Shown here in pieces: positions 26,948 to 36,307 of a stretch of DNA of 64,000 nt. The translations under genes were made by a program, and so were the position numbers. Origin of the DNA: Alphaproteobacteria bacterium (GTDB taxonomy: Bacteria > Pseudomonadota > Alphaproteobacteria > UBA2966). The stretch spans positions 17,453-81,452 of the forward strand of contig JABILA010000155.1 of assembly GCA_018654745.1 (NCBI GenBank), given 5' to 3'. Every line of letters begins with the position of its first letter. Within the stretch, counting starts at the first letter, position 1. Under the pieces are notes generated by a model that searched no databases, was not told the DNA's origin, and was given only the letters and a program-made list of their open reading frames with translations.

Positions 26948-28102
26948 TCAGCCATTTAGCTCGTCGCGGCGCTCTTCCGCGATGCGTTTGATGTCTGCCG
27001 CTAGAACCTCATCAGCATCCATCAACTCTTCAAGGTCCTGTTCATCCAGAATCAAAAGCTGACAACTGGTCACGGTGGTCACAGAAGCGGTTCTGGAACG
27101 ATGTTCGATCAGTGCGATCTCACCAAAAAAATCTCCAGCCTGCAGGAACACCGGGCGATCAGCCAAATTGACCTGAACCTGGCCCGAGGAAATAAAATAC
27201 ATGCAGTTTCCGGGTGCGCCCTTTTGCACAATAACTTCACCTGGTACGGCTACTCTGGGTTTCAGCAAGGCGACGATTTCTGCAATGCGCTGGGCTTCGA
27301 GATGGGAAAACAGTGGCACACTGGCAACCATATTCCAGGAGACAACAAACTCCTGTCGCTTCACGGCTTGTGCAAATCCCGAGGCCAGAATACCGGCGGG
27401 CATGGCAAACATGCCAACACCCAGGACCGTCACAATGGCACCCAGAAATCTGCCCAGCGGTGTGATGGGTGTAATGTCGCCGTAACCAACTGTGGTCAAT
27501 GTCGCAATGCCCCACCACATGGCAGCGGGTATGGACGAAAAGACTTCGGGCTGGGCTTCGCGTTCAGCCAGGTAGACGAAGCTTGAGGAAAAAATAAGCA
27601 GAACCAGCATGACGATTGCAGCGGCACCCAGCGGACGTCTTTCCAGATAGAGAACCGACCCGACCAATGAAAGGGCGGCGGAATATCGGGTTAGTTTCAA
27701 CAGACGAAGCAGACGCAAGACCCGCACGAACCGCAAGTCGAAATTAACAAAAAAGACCATGAAGAATGGCAGGATCGCGATGAGGTCGATCAGCGCCATG
27801 GGTGACAACATATATCGAATACGACCCGCCAGTGGATGCTTGTAGCGGGGGTCATCGCTTTCGACGCAGACCCAGAGCCGCGCAAGATACTCAACAGAAA
27901 AGATGCCCACCGAAAGGACTTCGAAGCTATAGAGCAGGTCCCCGTATTCCAGGGCGATGGCCTCGACGGTTTCAAAGACAACAGCCAGAACATTTGCCGC
28001 AATCAAGGCAATCAACAGCCGGTCCACCAGGCGACTGATCCTGTCGTCTGTCCGGGTGCCATTGAGAATCTCATGGCCGCGATGCCTCAGTGAGTTTGCC
28101 AT
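26948..28102 (-). CDS. Cyclic-nucleotide-gated potassium channel (6TM-less/2TM K+ pore + C-terminal CAP-type cNMP-binding domain; MloK1-like)
   Basis: Selectivity filter 'TTVGYGDITP' and a C-terminal cNMP-binding domain 'FFGEIALIEHRSRTASVTTVTSCQLLILD'. Confidence 0.85.
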   Translation of the reverse strand: MANSLRHRGHEILNGTRTDDRISRLVDRLLIALIAANVLAVVFETVEAIALEYGDLLYSFEVLSVGIFSVEYLARLWVCVESDDPRYKHPLAGRIRYMLSPMALIDLIAILPFFMVFFVNFDLRFVRVLRLLRLLKLTRYSAALSLVGSVLYLERRPLGAAAIVMLVLLIFSSSFVYLAEREAQPEVFSSIPAAMWWGIATLTTVGYGDITPITPLGRFLGAIVTVLGVGMFAMPAGILASGFAQAVKRQEFVVSWNMVASVPLFSHLEAQRIAEIVALLKPRVAVPGEVIVQKGAPGNCMYFISSGQVQVNLADRPVFLQAGDFFGEIALIEHRSRTASVTTVTSCQLLILDEQDLEELMDADEVLAADIKRIAEERRDELNG

Positions 28103-28338
28103 TTGCCTTTTGGCCCCTGAACTCTAATTTTCTTGTTCTGTGCTAAAATACAGCATAATTCCGTTGTTTAACCCTTGGACAGTGCGACAAATTGTTGCAA
28201 CTGATTGGAACCTGTCTAGGATACTTGATTGAAACAGGGAATAAACACCGCAACGACGGTAAATAATGCAAAAGCAAACCCTGAAGAAAGTCACAGCCCT
28301 GCAACGTGTCAGGTGGCCGGGCATAAAGGGAGGAATCA

Positions 28339-29577
28339 ATGACAAACATTCTACTCAACAAGACTGTTGGTATTGTTGCCGGTGTTGCGGCCATTGGTAT
28401 GCTGGCATCCGCGCCTGCTATGGCCAAGGTTGAAGGTGACACCATTACCCTCGGGTCTGCGATCTCGTTTACCGGGAAATATTCAACAAACGGCATCCAT
28501 GCATCAAACGGTTATAATCTGGCCGTGCGCATGATCAATGCTGCTGGTGGCGTCAAGGTTGGTGGCAAAAGCTATAAACTTGCCGTCAAATATTATGACG
28601 ACGAATCAACACCTGCCCGTGGTGCACAGCTTGCTGAACGTTTGATCAAGCAAGATGGCATCAAGTTTATGCTCGGGCCATACAGCTCTGGTCTGACCAA
28701 GGCGATTGCCCCGGTCACGGAAAAATTTAAAATTCCGATGGTGGAAGCTGAAGGTGCGTCGCGTTCGTTGTTCACGCAAGGCTACAAATATATCTTTGCT
28801 GTGCTTTCTACATCCGAGCAGTATCTGGCAAGCTCAATTGCCCTGGCTGCCGAAATCGCCAAAAAGAATGGTAAAAAACCAGGCGATGTGAAAGTTGCCA
28901 TGGCCTTCGAAAACGATCCGTTCTCGCTTGATGTGCGGGCCGGTGTTGTTGATGATATCAAGAAGCATGGCATGAAAATTGTGATTGATGACAAATTGCC
29001 ACGTGATCTCTCGGACATGTCGTCGACCCTGACGAAGGTACGTGCTGTCAAACCTGATCTTCTTGTAATTTCTGGCCATTCCAAAGGTGCCGCAACTGCT
29101 GCCCGACAAATCAAGGAAATGAAGATCAAGGTTCCGTTGATCGCAATGACCCATTGTGAAGCCGCGAAGGTTATTTCCAAGTTCGGCGACTCAACAAATG
29201 GTTTCCTGTGTCCGACCCAATGGTCAGAAACCATGTCCTACAAAGACAATCTGTTTGGAACGGCTGGCGAGTTTGATGCCAAAGTCAAAAGCACATATGA
29301 AGGCTACAGGAACGTACCTTATCAGCTGGCACAGGCCGCCGCTGCTGTCATGGTATGGAAAGATGCCCTGGAGCGTGCAAACAGCTTTGATATTGCCAAG
29401 GTTCGTCAGGCCCTTTCTGACACGGACATGAAAACCTTCTACGGCAATATCAAATTCTCCGCTGCCGGTAATAATATTGCCAAGCCTATGGCCTTGCGCC
29501 AAATCCAGAAGGGAAAACTGAACGTTGTGTTCCCGGCTCGGTGGGCAACGAATGAAGTTGACTGGCCCCGGAAATAG
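28339..29577 (+). CDS. ABC transporter periplasmic substrate-binding protein (LivK/type-I PBP family; amino acid/amide-type)
   Basis: Signal peptide and a LivK-like fold pattern. It is the first gene of the SBP-permease-permease-ATPase-ATPase operon. RBS AAGGGAGGA. Confidence 0.8.
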   Translation: MTNILLNKTVGIVAGVAAIGMLASAPAMAKVEGDTITLGSAISFTGKYSTNGIHASNGYNLAVRMINAAGGVKVGGKSYKLAVKYYDDESTPARGAQLAERLIKQDGIKFMLGPYSSGLTKAIAPVTEKFKIPMVEAEGASRSLFTQGYKYIFAVLSTSEQYLASSIALAAEIAKKNGKKPGDVKVAMAFENDPFSLDVRAGVVDDIKKHGMKIVIDDKLPRDLSDMSSTLTKVRAVKPDLLVISGHSKGAATAARQIKEMKIKVPLIAMTHCEAAKVISKFGDSTNGFLCPTQWSETMSYKDNLFGTAGEFDAKVKSTYEGYRNVPYQLAQAAAAVMVWKDALERANSFDIAKVRQALSDTDMKTFYGNIKFSAAGNNIAKPMALRQIQKGKLNVVFPARWATNEVDWPRK

Positions 29578-29709
29578 ACGACTTAAGCAAGTCGCGTGAG
29601 TAGCATATTTGGACCCGGTTCTTTTCTGAAACTGAAAGGAACCGGGCTTCAATTGTAATCCATGTATGGTGGCGAATTTGGTACACCATGATCTAACGGT
29701 AAAATCTTC

Positions 29710-30609
29710 ATGGACAATATTTCACTTCTGACAATGGCGCCGGTGTTGAACGTCCAGCTTTTGGTCGACGGCTTGTTGATTGGTGCCATTTTCGCCCTGG
29801 TCGCCTATGGCCTCGCCCTGGTCTGGGGCGTAACAAACGTCAAAAACCTGGCGCAGGGCGATTTTGTCATGATGGGCGGCTACATCGCCTACGCCATGAC
29901 CCTGGCGGGCATTCATCCATTTTTGGCCTTGCCGGTGGCGATCGTCCTGATGTTTGCCTTTGGCTGGCTGATCTACAAAACAGTAATTTATCGCGTGGTC
30001 GACAAGGACCTGTTTACATCCCTGCTTGCGACCTTTGGCATTGCCATCGTGGTCCAGCAATTGCTGAACCTGATTTTCGGGCCTGAAGTAAAGATCGCTG
30101 AATCAGGCTTTGGTATTGGCGAATATCTTGATGGTGGATTAACTGTATCCAACATCAAGGTTATTGCCTTCTTCCTGGCCCTGGCTCTGGCGCTGGTTGT
30201 TGTCTTATTTATGAAAAAGAGCCGCATGGGACAGGCCATTCGGGCGACATCACAAAATGCCCGGGCAGCCCGTATCATGGGCATCGACACCGACAAGGTT
30301 TACGCCATTACCTTTGCCTTGAACGCAGCCATTTGTGGCGCGGCGGGTGTTCTTATTTCGATGATCTGGGTGATCCAGCCTTATTTTGGCACCAGCTATT
30401 CCATCCGGGCCTTTGTCATTGTGACAGCTGCCGGTTTGGGGAATTTGCCAGGTGTGATCATGGCAGGCCTTGGCCTCGGTGCGCTTGAGCAGTTCGGCAG
30501 CTTCATTCTTGGCGCGGAATTCCAGCAAGCCATTGTTGTTGGCTTACTGCTGGTTATCCTGGTTATTCGACAAATTCAGCAGTCCCGTCATCGGCAGGTG
30601 GTCAAATGA
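29710..30609 (+). CDS. Branched-chain amino acid-type ABC transporter permease (LivH family)
   Basis: 299 aa, 8 or more TM segments, LivH-like. Confidence 0.8.
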   Translation: MDNISLLTMAPVLNVQLLVDGLLIGAIFALVAYGLALVWGVTNVKNLAQGDFVMMGGYIAYAMTLAGIHPFLALPVAIVLMFAFGWLIYKTVIYRVVDKDLFTSLLATFGIAIVVQQLLNLIFGPEVKIAESGFGIGEYLDGGLTVSNIKVIAFFLALALALVVVLFMKKSRMGQAIRATSQNARAARIMGIDTDKVYAITFALNAAICGAAGVLISMIWVIQPYFGTSYSIRAFVIVTAAGLGNLPGVIMAGLGLGALEQFGSFILGAEFQQAIVVGLLLVILVIRQIQQSRHRQVVK

Positions 30610-31829
30610 GATTATCCCAAAATAGCATTGCGCTTTATGTTGTCGTCATTGCGCTTGGCTTCCTGGCCTCACTTTTATTTCCCAATGAATTGGCGCAAAT
30701 TTCCGGACTTGTTATCGTCGTCGTGCTCATACAAACCTGGATTCTTGCTAACAAGTACATGAGTGTCGGGCAGAGGGCGTTTGTGCTTTATGCCGTTGTT
30801 ATTATCTGCGGCATCGCGGCACCGTTTGCGTTTCCCAATTATGTCACCCAGATCGCCATTCTCTGGTTGATGATCCTGTTTGCCCTGACCTGGGACATGA
30901 TGGGTGGCCAGATGGGTTACAACTCCCTTGGCAATATCATTTTCTTTGGCGTTGGCATGTATGCCAGTGCCATCGTTCAGATCGGTCTTTATTACGACGT
31001 AGCTCAATACACCTCTCATGCCGGTGCTGTGAAGGTTCAATATGACTGGTTCCAGTATGTGTTCGGTATGGGGCTGGGCCTGATCGCTGCAGCTATCTCG
31101 GCGGTTGTTGTTGCCGTCGTTCTGGGACGTGTCGTCTTCGGTTTGCGCGGACCTTATTTTGCTATCGGTACCCTGGGGGCTGCCATTGCCGCGGGCGAAC
31201 TGGTTGGCGCCTGGGATTATGTCGGTGGTGGCGGTGGCATTACCATGCCGACCTTTCCGGGCTCCGGTGACGAGCGGTCATTGTTCTTCTATTTCGCCTT
31301 GTTCGGGTTGGCGCTTTTTACATTTGCCTTCCTGAAGTGGCTTTATTCCAGGCGTTATGCCCTCGCCGTCAACGCGATCCGTGATGACGAAGACAAGGCG
31401 GAAGCAATGGGGATACATACCCTGCGCTACAAGACCGTTGCCTGGGCTATGTCAGCTTTCCTGTTAGGCATGAGTGGCGCGGTCTTTGGCAATATGTCCG
31501 GTTTTGTTGAACCGCTGGAAGTTGCCTTTCCGACCATTACATTTGGTATCTTTATGGTGCTGATGGCTTTGCTGGGTGGCAAGGGCACATTGTGGGGACC
31601 GGTCCTGGGGGCTGTGGTATTTCACATCATCAAGGAACTGACCTGGACATATTTTCTGGGCTGGCAATGGGTTGCGCTGGGTATGCTCATCATTATTAAC
31701 GTCGCCTATTTTCAGCAAGGCATTCTTGGCTGGGCGCAAGAAAAATGGCCCGACTTTTTTGGCCTTACCGTCGATGAAAGTGATACGCGGGAAGCGGCAG
31801 CGGATGCTTCCGGGGAGGCGTCAAAATGA
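30606..31829 (+). CDS. Branched-chain amino acid-type ABC transporter permease (LivM family)
   Basis: 407 aa membrane protein, translationally coupled to the previous gene (4-nt overlap). Confidence 0.8.
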   Translation: MRLSQNSIALYVVVIALGFLASLLFPNELAQISGLVIVVVLIQTWILANKYMSVGQRAFVLYAVVIICGIAAPFAFPNYVTQIAILWLMILFALTWDMMGGQMGYNSLGNIIFFGVGMYASAIVQIGLYYDVAQYTSHAGAVKVQYDWFQYVFGMGLGLIAAAISAVVVAVVLGRVVFGLRGPYFAIGTLGAAIAAGELVGAWDYVGGGGGITMPTFPGSGDERSLFFYFALFGLALFTFAFLKWLYSRRYALAVNAIRDDEDKAEAMGIHTLRYKTVAWAMSAFLLGMSGAVFGNMSGFVEPLEVAFPTITFGIFMVLMALLGGKGTLWGPVLGAVVFHIIKELTWTYFLGWQWVALGMLIIINVAYFQQGILGWAQEKWPDFFGLTVDESDTREAAADASGEASK

Positions 31830-32569
31830 ATTCAATCATTGAAATCAAGGACGTCAGCAAGGCCTTTGGCGGGGTCATCGCCAACCAGTCGATCAGTATC
31901 AATGTTGCCGAAGGCGGTATCACCGGATTGATTGGCCCCAACGGTTCAGGCAAGACGACTTTGTTCAATTCCATTGTCGGTCACCATCCGATTGACTCCG
32001 GGTCGATCAAATTCGAAGGTGCCGAAATCTCCACCTTCAAGGTGCAGCAAATTGCCCGTCTTGGTCTGTTGCGTACGTTCCAGCAAACACGGATTTATTC
32101 CAAGATGAACTGTGTGCAAAATATGTTAATTTCGATCCCGCACCGGACCTCCGGAATTCTGGATATGTTCAAGGCGCATTCGCCGGAAACAAACGAGAGG
32201 GCGTTGGAATTGCTGGAATTTGTGGGCCTCTTTTCCAAGAGAAACCTGATCGCCGGCGATTTGTCATTCGGACAGCAGAAACTGCTGGAATTTGCCATGG
32301 CCCTGATGAACGAGCCCAAGGTATTGCTGCTGGACGAGCCCACCGCCGGGATCAATCCGACACTGATCAATGGATTAATCGACAGGTTGAAAATGGCTAA
32401 TGAGCAATTTGGTGTGACGTTGTTTGTCATTGAACACAATATGCGGGTCATCATGAACCTGGCCGAACATATCTATTGCCTGGCCCACGGTGAATTGCTG
32501 GCGGAAGGCAAACCGGATGATATTCAGAATGACCAACGTGTTGTCGACGCTTATCTGGGGGCACACTGA
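31826..32569 (+). CDS. ABC transporter ATP-binding protein (LivG family)
   Basis: Walker A 'GPNGSGKTT', signature 'LSFGQQKLLEFAMAL', Walker B 'LLLDEPTAG'. Confidence 0.85.
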   Translation: MNSIIEIKDVSKAFGGVIANQSISINVAEGGITGLIGPNGSGKTTLFNSIVGHHPIDSGSIKFEGAEISTFKVQQIARLGLLRTFQQTRIYSKMNCVQNMLISIPHRTSGILDMFKAHSPETNERALELLEFVGLFSKRNLIAGDLSFGQQKLLEFAMALMNEPKVLLLDEPTAGINPTLINGLIDRLKMANEQFGVTLFVIEHNMRVIMNLAEHIYCLAHGELLAEGKPDDIQNDQRVVDAYLGAH

Positions 32570-32571
32570 TC

Positions 32572-33456
32572 ATGTCAGAACAAGATAATGAAGATGCCAA
32601 ACGCGCCAGTGGCTATCACACCGGCGACGTCGCATCTGTCATGTCTGTGGACGCTGTCTCCCGCGAAGCGGAAAAAATTGCTGCCGAAGGGCCGTCTATC
32701 GACGAATTGAATGCACTGGCCAACAACGCGCCATTTGTTTCCATCGATGGACTGCGCGCAGGTTACGGGCGAATGGAAATTCTGCACGATCTCACGTTGA
32801 AAGTCGGACAGGGCCAATCCCTGTGCCTCATCGGTCCCAACGGTGCAGGCAAATCGACCATCCTGCATTCCATTTTTGGCTTTACGAATATTTTCGGGGG
32901 AACAGTTTCTATCGGTGTCAGTGGGCAGCAGAGAGACGTCACCGCCCTGAGCTCCAGTGAGAAATTGAAGTCAGCCGGAATTGCCTACATTCTTCAGGAT
33001 AACTCCGTCTTTCCGGATATGACAGTTGAAGAAAACCTGTTGATGGGTGGGTATTTGCAGGACACGCCTGATCTGGCCAAGGAAAAGGCGGAAAAGGTAT
33101 TCGAAAAATATTCCCGCCTTGCCGAACGTCGCAGCAAACCTGCCCGTGTACTCTCGGGCGGAGAGCGACGCTTGCTGGAAATCAGTCGTGCTCTCATCAT
33201 GGAACCGGAAGTCTTGTTGGTTGATGAGCCTTCCATCGGTCTCGAACCCCGGTTTATCGATATGGTTTTTGAGATCCTTGATGACTTACAAAAAGCCGAA
33301 GGCAAGACCATTATTATGGTTGAGCAGAATGCCAAGAAGGGTCTCGAGTTTGCCGATATTGGCTACGTCCTGGTGAACGGTTCGCTGGCTTTGGCGGGCA
33401 AGGGCGATGAATTACTTGAGAACCCGGAAGTGGGACGTTTGTTCCTCGGCGGATAA
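32572..33456 (+). CDS. ABC transporter ATP-binding protein (LivF family) with ~55-aa N-terminal extension
   Basis: Walker A 'GPNGAGKST', 'LSGGERRLLEISRAL', 'LLVDEPSIG'. ATG 3 nt after the livG stop. Confidence 0.8.
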   Translation: MSEQDNEDAKRASGYHTGDVASVMSVDAVSREAEKIAAEGPSIDELNALANNAPFVSIDGLRAGYGRMEILHDLTLKVGQGQSLCLIGPNGAGKSTILHSIFGFTNIFGGTVSIGVSGQQRDVTALSSSEKLKSAGIAYILQDNSVFPDMTVEENLLMGGYLQDTPDLAKEKAEKVFEKYSRLAERRSKPARVLSGGERRLLEISRALIMEPEVLLVDEPSIGLEPRFIDMVFEILDDLQKAEGKTIIMVEQNAKKGLEFADIGYVLVNGSLALAGKGDELLENPEVGRLFLGG

Positions 33457-33645
33457 TCTATTTCGGTTATCCGTTTCAAGCTTGCCGAGTTCAGACGTCT
33501 GGCGAAAAACCCATTGTCGGATTGCTACTCGATATTGAGTGAAAACCCGTCCCACCCTGATTACAGCAATGTGTCTTTACAGGATCTGAATATACTAGGT
33601 CTTGCCGTCTGGCACTGGAGCCCGGTTTAGGAAATCACGTTCCGC

Positions 33646-34020
33646 TTATTCTACGTGCAGAATATCGCTGACAGTTTCCAGCAATTCAGCACTTAGAAAA
33701 GGCTTTTTCAAAACGGTCTTTGCGCCGAAGCGTGTTGCAACACTCAGGTAAGTAGCGCTATCCAGCATGCGGCCACCGCCACTTATCGCCAAAATCCGAA
33801 CGTCTTCACTTATTTCAAACAGTGCCTGGATCGTTTCCAAGCCATCCATGTCCGGCATGACGATATCAGTGATGACCATATCGGGCCTGGTGTCGCGAAA
33901 CTGATCAATACCGGAAAACCCGCTATTGGCTTCACGAACCTGATGGCCACCAATTTCCAGCATCGCCCTGGTCGTGGCGCGAACCATATCGTCGTCGTCG
34001 ATCAGAAGAATATCTGCCAT
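33646..34020 (-). CDS. Single-domain response regulator (CheY-like receiver)
   Basis: 'ILLIDDDDMVRATTRAMLEIGGHQVREANSG...DMVITDIVMPDMDGLE', with the phospho-acceptor Asp in 'ITDIVMP'; 124 aa. Confidence 0.8.
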   Translation of the reverse strand: MADILLIDDDDMVRATTRAMLEIGGHQVREANSGFSGIDQFRDTRPDMVITDIVMPDMDGLETIQALFEISEDVRILAISGGGRMLDSATYLSVATRFGAKTVLKKPFLSAELLETVSDILHVE

Positions 34021-34326
34021 AAAAAATTTACCAACTACCTGTTTTGGGCGGTCTGTTCGTGCCGCCTTTGCTCAACTGAGAACTATTTATAACAGCACAT
34101 CTTTTCTGGAATGTTTCAGGCATGTGTTTTTTTGTAAATAATTTCATTTATTTGGATGACATTAATACATCAAATAATATCCAATTATGACCGAATGAAT
34201 TAAACCCAGGCGCAAAACACGCGATTGTGAGGCGACCATTTGGTGAGTTTCTGTATATTAGAGAATTATTGTGTTACCCGCAGGGCACCGGTTGTGGCAT
34301 GCTATATGCTCATGGGATGTTCTGAT

Positions 34327-34947
34327 ATGGAGGCCTTGATGATTGCCTGTCGATTACTGCTGAAAACTGTGGCGCCAATTTTTCTGCTGGCCACAATTCT
34401 GATTTCTACTGCTCCAGTGCTCGCGGCAGAAATTGAACCGAAGGTCGGCGATGACGGAATGTACACCCAGGCCTGGTTCAAACATACATCGTTTCTCGAC
34501 CTCGCCGATGACCTGGCAGAAGCAAGTGAAAGTGGCAAACATCTTGCTGTTTTGTTCGAGCAAAAAGGCTGTCCCTATTGCCGGGAAATGCACCGCGTCA
34601 ATTTTGAGATTGCTGATATCCGGAACTACATCAAAAAGACTTTTGACGTTGTGCAGCTAAACCTCTGGGGTGACCGTGAAGTAACGGACTTTGATGGTCA
34701 GGTCCTCAGCGAGAAGAATTTCGCACGAAAATACCGGGTCATGTTTACACCCACTATTTTGTTTATTGATGAGAAGGGCGAGGAAGTGGTTCGGATGCCG
34801 GGCTATTTCAAACCTTTTCACTTCAAACATATTTTTGTTTATGCAGCTGAAAAAGGCTATGTGAAAGAGCCAAGTTTTCAAAGGTGGCTGGGCAACAAGG
34901 CTGACGAACTGAGAGCCCAGGGAAAATCGATCAATTTATGGGATTAG
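34327..34947 (+). CDS. Periplasmic thioredoxin-fold protein, SoxW-like (CPYC)
   Basis: Signal peptide, then 'LFEQKGCPYCREMHR'. It is divergent from the sox operon region. An alternative ATG lies at 34339. Confidence 0.7.
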   Translation: MEALMIACRLLLKTVAPIFLLATILISTAPVLAAEIEPKVGDDGMYTQAWFKHTSFLDLADDLAEASESGKHLAVLFEQKGCPYCREMHRVNFEIADIRNYIKKTFDVVQLNLWGDREVTDFDGQVLSEKNFARKYRVMFTPTILFIDEKGEEVVRMPGYFKPFHFKHIFVYAAEKGYVKEPSFQRWLGNKADELRAQGKSINLWD

Positions 34948-34988
34948 GGATAATTACCTGATGCCGCTTAACCAAAGGGAGGGAAGAA

Positions 34989-35435
34989 ATGTTCAAGTCA
35001 ATTATATCCAAATTTACCCTGATGCTGGCAGCGACAGCCTTTGTTGTCGGTGCCTGGGGCACAAGCGCCAGTGCCAACAGCATGATGAAAACCCATCTGG
35101 TCATCCAGGTCAGTACAGATGATCCGCGCACGCAGATGATCGCTCTGAATAATGCCGTGAATGTGCAAAAAGCAATTCCGGGTGCTGTGGTTGAAATCGT
35201 GGCTTACGGCCCCGGTCTTGGTATGCTGACAGGCAAGTCCAAACAAAAGGACCGGGTGATGAGCATGGCACTCAGCGAAGGAATTTCCTTCAGCGCCTGC
35301 GGCAATACCATGAAAAAAGTTGCCAAGAAATCAGGCAAGATGCCGGCATTGATCGACGGTGTGAAAGTTGTTCCAGCTGGTGTAACCAGAATTATGGAAC
35401 TTCAGGCCAACGGATACGCTTACGTTCGTCCGTAA
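34989..35435 (+). CDS. DsrE/DsrF-like family protein (periplasmic sulfur-relay-like)
   Basis: Signal peptide; conserved Cys in 'ISFSACGNTM'; ~120-aa DsrE fold. Confidence 0.65.
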   Translation: MFKSIISKFTLMLAATAFVVGAWGTSASANSMMKTHLVIQVSTDDPRTQMIALNNAVNVQKAIPGAVVEIVAYGPGLGMLTGKSKQKDRVMSMALSEGISFSACGNTMKKVAKKSGKMPALIDGVKVVPAGVTRIMELQANGYAYVRP

Positions 35436-35460
35436 ACTAATCAATCGAGATCAGGAAAAG

Positions 35461-35486
35461 GGGTGCCAGTCTGGCACCTCTTTTTT
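35461..35486. terminator. Bidirectional rho-independent terminator between the dsrE-like gene and soxV
   Basis: GGTGCC-AGTCT-GGCACC followed by TCTTTTTT. Confidence 0.6.
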
Positions 35487-35490
35487 GGGA

Positions 35491-36234
35491 TTAACCCAGT
35501 TCGCCCAGCGCCGGAATAGCCTCAAGAATGAAATAGCTGATCGTGGCCAGGGAATCGGTCAGGATCAGGACGCCTGTGGCAACCAGCAGAACTCCGGCAC
35601 CAATTTCAATTTTATGGATATGGCTGCGGAAGCGCTTGAGGAAATTCATGAACGGCTGGATTGCCAGCGCCGCCAGCATGAACGGAATGCCCAGGCCAAG
35701 CGAATAAACCGTCAGCAGGGAAATCCCGTAACTTAATGAATCGCTGCTGGCTGCAAGCGTCAGAATAGTTGCCAATATCGGCCCGACGCAGGGTGTCCAG
35801 CCGAACGCAAAGGCAAGGCCAATAATGTAGGCGCCAATAATGCCCGCTGGTGTCTTGTCGGGATTGAAACGCATTTCCCGCTGCATGAAGGCAAACTTGA
35901 ACAGGCCCATATAATGCAGTCCGAACAGAATGATAACTGTGCCCGCAACTTTGCTGATGACGTCAATATGATCGAAAATAAGTTTGTTGATGGCGGACGC
36001 GCTGGCCCCCATAGCGACAAAGACAGTTGTGAACCCCATGACGAACGCCAGCGCCGACCAGAAGACCCGACGCGACATCTGTTTGTCGATCTTGTCTTCG
36101 TCGATCAGTTTGTCCAGAGATGTCCCGGCAACAAAGCAGATATAGGCAGGCACCAGCGGCAAGACGCAGGGTGACAGAAAACTGATCAGGCCAGCCAGCG
36201 CAGCAGCGCCATACGAGACATCAAACGCGTCCAT
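35491..36234 (-). CDS. soxV: Cytochrome c biogenesis CcdA/DsbD-core family membrane protein (SoxV-like)
   Basis: 'LSPCVLPLVPAYICFVAG' CcdA Cys pair in TM1; it lies immediately downstream of soxB. Confidence 0.75.
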   Translation of the reverse strand: MDAFDVSYGAAALAGLISFLSPCVLPLVPAYICFVAGTSLDKLIDEDKIDKQMSRRVFWSALAFVMGFTTVFVAMGASASAINKLIFDHIDVISKVAGTVIILFGLHYMGLFKFAFMQREMRFNPDKTPAGIIGAYIIGLAFAFGWTPCVGPILATILTLAASSDSLSYGISLLTVYSLGLGIPFMLAALAIQPFMNFLKRFRSHIHKIEIGAGVLLVATGVLILTDSLATISYFILEAIPALGELG

Positions 36235-36307
36235 GGGGTCTTGTTCTCCTGTCGTGTCAGCGTGGAAGTCATACCACTTGAGACGAAATCACTCTACCCG
36301 AAATACT

